Shown in pieces: positions 35,981 to 46,996 of a stretch of DNA of 64,000 nucleotides. The DNA lies in the NCBI GenBank assembly GCA_965153285.1, contig OZ229129.1. One strand, 5' to 3'. This DNA comes from Podarcis tiliguerta. Taxonomy: Eukaryota. Both the position numbers and the translations under genes were made by a program. Numbering within the stretch: position 1 is the stretch's first letter; every line of letters begins with the position of its first letter. The notes under the pieces were generated by a model. That model worked only from the letters and a program-made list of their open reading frames with translations. It was not told the DNA's origin and ran no database searches.

Positions 35981-38900
35981 TGGAAAATGAAGTCTTTAGA
36001 TCCTTGTCAAGGTCGCCTTGGAATTATATGCATGTCCCAATTCAGCCATGTTCCTGTATACTTTATCTTCATGCTACTCCTTTTTCCACCTTGGAGCGCC
36101 GTGAACAAAGAACCACAGGCAAGCAGAGGTTGTCCGGGTTTAAACAAAGCAGGGTCTGAAGTCATAGTTTGGAGTTTGGCTCATACTCTGTTTTGCTTTT
36201 ATCCTAATAGCCACAGTTTCTCACTTTGGATATAACAGGAAACTAAGGTTAACTAAGCAGGGAACCTTCAAAGTGTGCTGAAGCAAAGTTTCAAGACCTG
36301 TGCGTACCTTAGATTAGTTAACCAAGTTCTGTCTGAACTTGGTCTTCCCACATAATTTTCTAGTTTTTCCAAAGGATGCCTTTGGAATGAAACTGAGAAT
36401 AGTGTTCACACTCGTCTAACTGCTTAAGCAATACAGCAATGTTTAAAGGCTGCCCTTAGATGGCTGAGGCTGTAGACAGGAATAATTCTTTGTTGCTCTT
36501 AGTGTTATAGTCTTCAATCTTATCAGTTTTGGGATTAGGAATGGGGGAGAAATATTATTCAATTTGCATTTAAAAGTGAATCTATCAAAGTCACACTTTC
36601 TGAAACAACAGGAGGACTGAAACACAGGACAGACCTTTGAAATCTGCAACTATCCAAACTTTTTGGAGGCAGTTTTCCACTTAATTGGTGTTTACAAAAA
36701 TGCATATACTGTATTAGAACCAAAATTGACAGATCTTTCCATCCCTACCTAGGACCCATCGTCAACCCTACCAAGCTGCCCTGTGACAACTATTTATTCT
36801 TTATACAGTGCAAGAGGTGGAGGTGGGCAGAGAGGGGATTGTTGCGTTAAATTCAGGCAGTTCTGCTTGCAGCCTCAGGGCGAGTGAAAAAAGGCAGGTT
36901 AAGCGTCTCTCTTTGGGGTGGTGAATGGCATTTCCTGTTTCAGGCCAACTTCCCTCTGGCAGATGGGCAGTTCATGTCTGTGTGTTGAAGGTGGAGAGGA
37001 AGCCCCAGAACAGCGGGTCTGGGTTGGGCATGGGGAGCCTCTGTGGCTTGCAGGGCAGGTATGGGGGCAGCAAGGAAGCAAAGCAGAAAGTCATGGCAGC
37101 CTCTGAGCATATGCAGAGCACAGGAGGAGGAAGGAGGGGTAAACAGAGAGAATGAGGGGTTTTACTGTTTCTTTCAATAGATACTCTTGAACTTAACTTC
37201 CGATCCAGTGTTGTTGCTGCTGCTGCTCACGGTCAGCCCACTGAGGTCAGTGTTCTTGGCTAAATTAGTTCACTGACGTTAGCGGGTCTACTATTGAGTT
37301 GGACATAAGCTGACTACAACCCATTGGGATTTTTTTTATTGGTATTAATACTGTTAGTAAATCTAATAGTAGATTTGTCTCTTTACTGGATTTACTGGTG
37401 GGTGGGTTTTTTTTAAGGATGTTTTTAAAGATGTTTCTCTGAGCCTGTGCAGAATTTATAGCATAGGCCAGTGGTTTTCAACCAGTGTGCCACGACACCC
37501 TCGGTACCTTGAATGATGGTCAGGTTTTTACCAGGTATCCCACAGGGGGGCCGCAGAGAGAATGTAGTTGGTCAAGGGAGCCGTAGACTCAGAGGTTGGA
37601 AACCTCTGCTCTAGCAGTTTGACTTTACCCCCCTGTAGCTGCATTCTGTTGTCTCTTGAGACAGACAGATGCCAACAAGACCCCTGCCTTTCAATCAAAT
37701 GATTATATTCAACAGATGGGGATAATACAATACAAAACAGAGAGATAGACACAACCCAACACTCCTTGGTGTTCTGGCCAATGGATGTGGCCAGAGTGTG
37801 CTTTCCTTCAGTTTGGCAGTCCCAGAGTTGGTCAAGAACCAACTGTGTCTCTTGCTATGTGCATATGAGTCATTCCGTGGTGCAGATGCACCTGTCTGGG
37901 ACTGAAATTTAAAGGTCGAATGATTTCCTGGGGTAATTTTCTTTTGTAAGTGGTGTCTTCTGCGTGTAATTGGGTTCTTCATGAGCCATATTTACAGATC
38001 TTGATTTCCATGTGTTTTCGTCCTCAAGCTCCGTAATTTTATCTAGAAAAGTTTTGAACTCCTTCCCAAGTAATTACGTTTGCCTGGAACAATTCACTGT
38101 TAATGAATCCTTGGATGCTCTATCCCTTTGGAGTCTGTTGAGTCACCTATTTTAGGAAAATCTGAGATGGAACATTTTGTTACAAGTGCGGTGATAATTT
38201 CAGGGCAAAAACATGTGGCCACGTGTTTGCTTTTCTGTAGTGCGGTGTGTTTGGTTAGCAAATTTTGTTGTGGGATAAACATTTCATTGTCTTTGAAAGA
38301 AAAGATTCTGTTCTTACACGTGTAGTAATTAGGCTTTCACATTAGAAGACTCATGTTCAGAACTTTGGGAGACCATGTTCAGATCCCTACCTGTAAATCA
38401 CGAGCCAGTTACTATCTCTAATTCTAACCTATCTCACAGGTTGGTTCTGAATATAAAATGGGAGGGAGCAAACCATCCCCTCAAGCTTCATAGAGGGAAG
38501 GCAGGACATGTAGTTATTCTTTAAAAAATAAGGATATAATCGAGGTGGAGGTGGTCCAAACAGGATAGCACCCAGGTTGGAGGAGATCTGGTAACTAAAT
38601 CCTATACGAAATGGTTGAAGACCTGGATATTCCAGTAATCTGGCCACTACATTTTGGTCCAGCTGAAGTCATCTTCAATTGCAGCCCCATATAGAACGCA
38701 TTGCAATAATCCAATTTGAAAGTTCTCTGGTGGCTAAATCATCTCTGGTCCCAACAGGGACCAGAGCTGAAAATAGGCAACCTGGCCTCAACTGACAATA
38801 TTGTTTCTTTCAGTTTCTCATTTTTGCCTTCTTAAGTTCAGGCCTCAACATTTCCACATCACCTTGCATTAAGAAGAAAAAAAGTCCTCATGAAAATTCG

Positions 38901-41097
38901 TCAGAAGGTCCGTGAAAATTTCTCTTAATATACACATTTTTGCAAAGCAGTTTCCCCAAATATGATGCATACTGAACTAGATGGACCGATGGTCTTTCTC
39001 AATATAAGGCAGCTTCCCTCTTTCCCTGCCCAATCCACTTTAAGCTGCTATGCGTACACACCCAGAGAATACCATGAAATAATAAAGCAACAAACAAAAA
39101 TGTGCTGATCACAAGCTATCAGTAAAGATAGTGATGATATAGGAGTTCTTTGTTGGCATAAGTGTCTGAAGGATTTAGTAAACTGTAGATAAGCACAGTG
39201 TAGGTATGGGCAGAATGTTGGAAGGTTGAGATATTGCTTTTTTAATTGCAAAAAATTGGGAACAGTTGGTCATGAGCACTGGCAAAGGGAGTGGCATGAT
39301 CTCAGATGAGTAATATTTTTCAACCATTGACATACAGGCTGTCATTGAAAGTGATGATGAATGAGATGGAGAGGAAACACTCAGCTGTCTCCTTGAAATT
39401 TCCTTATAACTGCAAAGTATTTTGTCTTTTTGTCTTTCTACTGCACTGCCAATTCTATATTATAGGAAGGAAGTGGCTGCAGCACTGTGTAGGATAGATG
39501 GAGCTGTCAGTTTTGGTTCTCTCTGTTTCTTATTTCTCCAATCTTAAATTCAGTTCTCCATGTTTCTGCAGTAACTTGTGTTTGTTTTTAATAAAAAATA
39601 AATCAGGATTTTAGTACAAATTTCTCCTAATAACCTTTTTTTCAAAGCATTTTGCTCATTAAAATGCATTTCTGGTACGTTACTTTCACTTAATATATTC
39701 ATTTATATGCCCACTTTATCACAATTTGGAGGAAAGGTGGGATAGAAATGTAATAACTGATAATTTACCCTAGTATATTTTTGTAAAAATTATTTGGCTG
39801 GACAACCGCATTGCAGTACTTTTTAAACTGAAGGCTTTTGTAAACAAACAAAACAGTTTGGGGGCAATATGAGTAAAGAAAAATTCTAGCAAAAATAAAT
39901 AAAAAGAGTAAGTTAAAAGTGGAAGATGAATGATTTGACCATATAAATTAGAAATGTAAGTAAGTGAGGTTATTAACTATTAAATCTAAAAAAAGAGGTT
40001 GGCCAAATGTTCTTTCATTACTCTTATTTATTCTCATGTCAGTACATGCTAGTTCAAATAAGGACAGTCAGCTCAGATCCTTAATCCATTATTGTATATA
40101 TTGCAATGTCTCCGTCTTCCAGTGATGAAGCATCGTTTGTTTGTTTGCCTGGCCTTGCTGGATGCATGAACTGTAACTCATAACTTGTGGTGTATTCCAA
40201 ATGGAAAGGGTGTAATTGAGCAAAACATGTGTATCATTGAAATGCAAAGTTCACAGGATTAAATTAATGATTACAAAGAGTTCATCCCAAAAGAGACTTG
40301 AAACTAACTAGGCAGCTCGACATCAAATGGATTAGCAGACCAGAGTTCTGCCCCACATTGACAGCACCTCAGTGACAGATAACAGTTTTTGGCAGAGCCT
40401 CTGTGACATCCTATTAGTCCGGGACAATTAGTCTTTGCTGGATAAGACAGACACTTCCTCAGGTCAGAGATGGACCCTAGAAACTGTTACGTAGGTCAGC
40501 GTGGGTTAACCTGTGGCCCATATCCAGCTCCCCCTAGTTTTGATCCCCTGAGCCTCCTAACAATTTTCGTGCTGTGTCATTGATTAAATATGTAGATACT
40601 ATGATGTTAAGTGGTATATAAATGGCTGAACTAAATAAATCAAGGGGTGGTGGTATTTAGCAACTTGTTGCAGTCTAGATGACTGCAATATCAGGTCTGA
40701 GCAGGTAGAGGGGAGTTTTTTAGCTGCATCACCATGCTGGTGGGAGTAGATGGATTCTACCCTCTTTGCCCAGAATGATCAATGGAAGAGGGTGTATTAA
40801 GTATTAGAAAGCAACGCTGAAAAAATGAAAGAAAAGCAGGAAGCAGCAACTTAGAAACTCACGCATCTAAGAGAATTTTCCTCTCCATTTACTTTCATTT
40901 TTTGGCATTCCCCCTTCCTCAAAAAAAGAGCAATGATGTGACAGTGCTAAAATATCAGAACCACATAATGATATACCGTTCAACTGAGCTATCCTTCCAG
41001 CTATCCTGATCAGTTCTGTGATAAGCAGTTCCAGAGCCATATGGTAAGATTGCCCCTGGTAGAGGAAGATGAAGAGCGTTTTTCCAGCAGGGGAGAT

Positions 41098-41350
41098 TGT
41101 TGGTTGGTTGGTTGGCTGGCATCCATCTGTCTCAGGAGACAATGGAAGAGTGAAGTCAAACCTTTGGAGAGTTTCAGTGCCTGCTAAGGCCATGGAGACC
41201 GATATGAGAGAGTGAGGCATATGAAGACGTCTGGCTGTGCTACTACAAATGCAACAAGACGTCTCTTCATTGCACTCCTCCCAGCAGTCATTCCTCCTCC
41301 TCTGGTCACTACTTGTGGATACATGACCTGACTGTCTCCAGGCACTGTGG
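41098..41350 (-). mobile_element. RTE-clade LINE 3' fragment
   Basis: The - strand encodes HSAWRQ...DQRRRNDCWEE (DRxxWR-type RTE ORF end) and ends in a (CCAA)n tail. Confidence 0.65.
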
Positions 41351-43020
41351 TTTGTCTGCAAGGGATGCCCACAGGGCAGGGTTGATGTTGCCAGCCTTCA
41401 TGTCACATTTGCAGACATTTGTAACACAGATACAACGAGCCTGCTGCCTGAAGTCTGCTCCCCATAGCACCACACCCTTGGGGAAATATATATAATCTCT
41501 GGTCCTCTGGAAATGGAGGTGGGGATAGCCATTTCATTCCCTTCACATTACTGGATATGAGAGAGTGGATATTTAACAAAGAATACTTGCAGAAGGGATA
41601 GGGTAGGGAGGCTTATAGTTCAGTGAATATAATATTAGTAACAAAAGCCAATAAGAGGGGCGGGAAAGAAATGTTGGCTTCACCCATCCCTGCTTTTTAC
41701 AGTGTGATCGCACCTGCTTTGACACGTGGCTCCCCAGAGGGTTGGCCATGGGTCAGTGTGGCTCTCAGCCCAAAAAATACTTACTTACCCTAACTTAGAT
41801 GGTGTCTTTCTCCATTAAAATAAGTCAGATCTGTCCACAAACAGTGCTTTAGGGAGCTATCCAAACTCCTCCACAAACCCAGTGGAGCTTTATGGAGAAG
41901 TGAGATCATATATAGCCCTGCCATCCATGGCAGCTGGGAGGAAGGTGGGGGGCTAGCTTGGGCCTGGTGCAGTGTTGGGGGACATCATCCAACCCTTCCT
42001 CCTCTCCAGTCTCTGGATTTCCAAGGAATATCAGCCTAATAAAACCATGCAATAACAGTTGCAGATGGCCAGGTCTCCACCTGGATCACTGCAAGATTCA
42101 CTTGGGAAATGGCTGGGATACAGATGAAGCACAGATGTAGCCTGAAAGGGGTGACAGGTGTTTGAACTGAAGCTAGACTAGCTCTGGCTCGTGTGTTACT
42201 TTAAAGTGAGGAAGCCAGGCTGATGGGATTTCTAAAAGGAACCATCCAGCTTGCCAAAGATTCCTCTCTGCCCAGGGTTGAGATAAACTTAGCTGGGCTG
42301 TAGATGAGCTCACTGTGCAGCTGTGTGAAATTCTGTTGCCATATGAAGAGACAGGGAGAGCCATGAAGAGAGACCCTTTTCCCACCACAGTGGTTTGTTA
42401 TCTTGTTGCTTTATGGGCACGGTATCTGCTGAGCCTTTTCAAAACTCCGGGATTCATTTCCTTTTCGCTTCCCTTCAGCAAATTGATGAGATAAGCACGA
42501 TTTCCCCCACACAAGCAGCAGATTATTCCACTGTATCAGAACTTTGGTTTACCTTTCCTTTTTTGCAGAGAGGAAGTCCAGAATATACATCCTAGCACTT
42601 AGCTGTGTGTGGAGAGTGTTCAGTGGAAATGTGCACGCCTCAGCGAGGCATAGAAGGAAGCCGTTGAGATTAGAGCTGTCATTTTGAATGAGGGTATGGG
42701 AAATGGCTGGGCTGTTTGGAGCAGCACAGAAATCTTATATTTGTTTGTTTATTTCAACAATTTATAAATTGCTTGATTTATATACAATTGAATCAATACA
42801 ATGGAAGATAAAAATCCATTGACACTATAAAATCAGAATTTGGTTAAATGGCCAGTGCTTCTGCTATGCTAGTTTTGTGATCTGTTAGCAGATGTTAACT
42901 TTTTCAGTTTTAATTATTTAAAAGTGTAAAGCCCCGCTTTCTCCATCACTCAAAGCAGCTTACAAATAAAAAGCAGCTTGCTTTCCCCCTTTAAGCCTAA
43001 GGCCTTTCAAAAGCTACTAG

Positions 43021-43353
43021 CAGGGCTGGCCCATGACATCTTGGCAGCTGAGGAGAAACACAAAACGGCGGCTTTCCTGCCAGGGAAGAAGGGGGTGAGT
43101 GAAGATCTCTAACCTTTGTTCCCCATGTAGGAGTCCAGCAGTGCCTCCTATTTGCCAACAGGCAGCATTGGGGGAGGGCTGCTGAGGAAAAGGCAGATCT
43201 GGCCTCCAAGGAGCATGCCATACAGACCATTGCCACTGCAGCAGTGGCAGCGGCAGTGGGTGATGCATATCTTGGAGCCCAGATGTGCCATCCCTGTGGA
43301 TCCTGCCACCTGTGGCAGTCACCTCATCTTGCCACACGGGTGGGCCTACCTTG
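43021..43353. mobile_element. hAT (Tip100-like) non-autonomous element
   Basis: Ends cagggctggccc / gggcctaccttg with a perfect 8-bp TSD gctactag. Relatives at ~13590-13865, 16970 and 51264-51468. Confidence 0.8.
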
Positions 43354-46300
43354 GCTACTAGCCGTGAAGGCTATGATCTGCCTCCACCGTTGAAGGCAAC
43401 ATTCCTCTCAAATACTAGTTGCTGGGAATCTCAGGAGGGACAGAGTGCTGTCTTCCTTGTGGGCTTCCCATACACATTTGGATGCTAAAGTAGATGGGTC
43501 CTTGGCCTGATCCAGCAGAGCTCTTGCTATTTTCGCCAGAAAATCCATACATGCTCCAGAAAATCTTTCCATCCTGTACATTAAGTTTCCCTGTTCAAGT
43601 CCTATGGAGAGGCAGCAGGAGTTGTTTTGAACAACTATACTCTTTCCAGAGCCTGTGCATGTTTTCAGCTGCCTGAGACAAAGGACAAGATGCTGCTTTT
43701 CCTACCTTCCATGTTGAGAAGGCAACTAGACAGAGAGTGGTATTCACCAATTTTTTGTCAGAGAGTTGGTATTTCAAGGGGTTGGCTCTATGTAGAATAG
43801 GCCTTCGGGCCTGCATGCAGGACTTGCTGAAAGTCAGGGCAGAGTCTGGTGGTTGGTTCCCTCATCTGTTTATCAATATAACAATCCAAAATAGCATCAG
43901 GCTGTGTGTGATATGCAAACCTTTAAAACTAGCAATGCTTCTTTATGCTTGTTAACTGCAAGGCTTCACAGCTATCCCTCAGTACTTAAAATAGTACTCT
44001 GGCCTTGAGCTAATTTAGAAATCTGCTAGTAACTCCCAATAGAAACTATTTGGATGACTAAGTGTCACTTGCTAGGTGGAGTGTAGACCAATCTAATCAG
44101 CTTCATTTGTGTGAGGGAGAGCATTTTTTGGATCATTAAAGTTTTTGTTTCAGGAAAATCATTGAATATATCAGAACGTGTGAATATATGAAATGCATTA
44201 GCACTTTGCTGGGTATTTGTAGAAAAGATAGTGATACATCATGGGGTCGGTTCTACCTCCATCTTAACTCTCTTTAAATATATAGTTGGTCATATGTTTA
44301 ACTTTACAACCTAGTAGCAAGTGCAGCTTGTCATTCCCGTGCGTGTTAAATTTCTGCTTGATATTTCGCACGTGTTTTTGAAGATCTGTATTTAAACTCA
44401 GTGTTGTTCTCCATGTTAAGCTTTGTTGCTGTGCATGCCAAGACACAGTGGATCTGTTGTTGCAGGCAGACGCTGATTGCATCTTTCCTCCATTTATCCT
44501 CCCACCACAGGCGTTAAATGACTAGTAGGACATGTCTTAGGCTGCATTCAAACAGCACTTTCCTCCATTTCCCCAGCATTTCCTCACCTGATAATTTCTG
44601 CATTTTATGTGATCCTTCATATGATATAAAAGCCACTTCTAGGAAATCGGTGAAAAGTTAATGTTGATTTCCATATTGGTTGCTTCCAGCGGGGGGGGGG
44701 GGGGGGAATCCGTTTGCAACTCCCATTAACCCGAAAAACCACAGGGCTGTTGTTCTGTGATTTTTCTGCTGTTTCCTTCCATCACACTGTGTGATTGAAT
44801 TCAGGGCAGTATTCTGGCATACAGTTCTTCCCCGCTGCTTTCCTGCGAGAAACAAAAGGATGTATGTGCAGAAAGGGTGACAGCATGTCCAATGACTTCC
44901 ACTGTTGGGTCATGCCATACCCACTGATGTGAATGAAATTTGGAGTGATGTGACAGTATTATCAATCCAAAAGCCACACATTTGGATCTAGCACAGCAAG
45001 TAATGAGCATATGAAATATTAGAAACCAGGACGGAAGCATTAGGACAATTATCAGGAAAATAGTGCAATAATCACCATGTCTAAACACACCTGTATACAG
45101 GCTCAAGCAATTGACTGTCTCGAAGGGCTGTGATGATTAGGGCTGGTGGGAGCTTGGGCATCCAGTAGCATCTGGAGCAGCCTGAGGTTCCCCACCACTG
45201 CTGCAGTGGAAGCCTGAGTAATCTTGTTCCAAATCTGCAGCACCCAATCCAAGCATCTGGGCACCAGTGTCCAGAATCTACAGAAACCCTTTTTATCCTT
45301 TGCCTGGAAAGGGAACAAAGTGTCCCTGAACATGCAGTGTACTTAAAGAGGTTCACATCTCTCATGTAAAACATTTTCTTCCTAGCCCCTAATTTATTTC
45401 AGTACTGTATGTTTTAGTTTATTTTTTGCCTTTGTGAAAATTGGCCCTGAATGCTTGGATTTGTGCTGCCTGATTTTGGAACTCAGGACTATTTAGAGCA
45501 CAGAGATGTAGACAGTTGGGGGTGTTACGGGAACATCTAGTTTCCCTGCAGTCCCAGGGTTCAGGCAGTCAGCATTACAGAAGCTGTCAAAACACGACTT
45601 TTCATAATGTACTTCAGCTCTAAATCTGATGGAAAACACCTTGGAGGGTGTGTGTGTGTGTTTGTGTGTTTTCCTCTAGGTTTTTTTTTTGGGGGTGATG
45701 GGGGGGGAGGAGGGAAACCCCTGCCAAAACTGAGGCCTATAGTTTCCATTCTCAAGTCACGTGCCAGAAACTAATTTTTCTTCTTTCAAAACATAGGATT
45801 TTTTTCTGCTCCGATCTTTCCATTTCCAAATATAGACGTGATTAGTTTTGAGTTGCACTTGCAAATGTTCAAAGGCTTCATTTGAAATTTGGACCCAGCA
45901 AAGTGCATAGCTCATGAACAAAAGAACAAGGACATTTGTTAGGAATAGGATTGTTTTCTTACATGGTAGCTGGTTCCCAGCTTTCAGTCTCTGTCATGCT
46001 TAGAACATATCCAAGAGAGGGGATGTTAGTAACATCAGTAGAAGGGGTTTATTTTTGGTGGGGAAGGGGCATGGCTTTACCATATCACAGTTCACAAAGC
46101 ATTTACTAGTGGTTTACCAACTGCAGAACTCAGCAGCAGAATTCCAGAAAGGAGAGTGCTTTATCACCCCTCAAGAATCCTGGGAACTGTAGTATAAGGG
46201 TGCTTGACATTTTAGATCTGCGAAGGGTAAACTACAGCTCCCAGGGAGCCACATGGTTTAAATGTGTATTACATGCCCTTTAAATGTATGGCATGTGTGA

Positions 46301-46518
46301 CTGAAATAAATTACTTCTACCCAACTATTAATTGGGGGGGGGGGTGTTAGGAAGACCTGTCCAGTTCTGCTCTAGCTTAATGGCACAATATCTCCATCTC
46401 TGTGTAGTAAGCTGCTCTATAAATTGCACTGGTGAAACTGAACCTTGTTATTAAACATAGACAGATTGTACTATGGGAATGATCTTTGCTTGGAAACCTA
46501 GTGAGCTGCTGCCATTTA

Positions 46519-46996
46519 CAGTGGTACAGTGGTACCCCGCAAGATGAATGCCTCGCAAGATGAAAAACTCGCTAGACGAAAGGGTTTTTCGTTTTTTGAG
46601 TTGCTTCGCAAGACGAATTTCCCTATGGGCTTGCTTTGCAAGACGAAAACGTCTTGCGCCTTTTTTTTTTAAACTGCCAATGCATTCCTATGGGAAACCG
46701 TCAATACACATTGGTGCTTCGCAAGACGAAAAATCTCGTAGAACGAAAAAACTCGCAGAACGAATTAATTTCGTCTTGCGGGGCACCACTGTACTTAATT
46801 CGTTATGGAGGTCTGTTCTTAACCTAAAGCACCACTTTAGCTAATGGGGCCTCCTGCTGCTGCCGCGCTGCCGGAGCATGATTTCTGTTCTCATCCTGAA
46901 GCAAAGTTCTTAACCCAAGGTACTATTTTTGGGTTAGCAGAGTCTGTAACCTGAAGCATCTGTAACCTGAAGCATCTGTAACCCAAGGTTCCACTG
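46519..46996 (+). mobile_element. Family A MITE carrying a nested family C MITE (46527-46791)
   Basis: The inner element has a 22-bp TIR cagtggtaccccgcaagatgaa / ttcgtcttgcggggcaccactg and TA flanks. The host resumes cttaattcgtt... and ends ccactg-TA. Confidence 0.88.

Noticed and set aside
40867-41361. 164-aa - strand ORF as a nested gene or endogenous viral element
   Set aside because: Its start is a decayed RTE LINE end with a (CCAA)n tail and the rest is read-through; no viral motif recognised.
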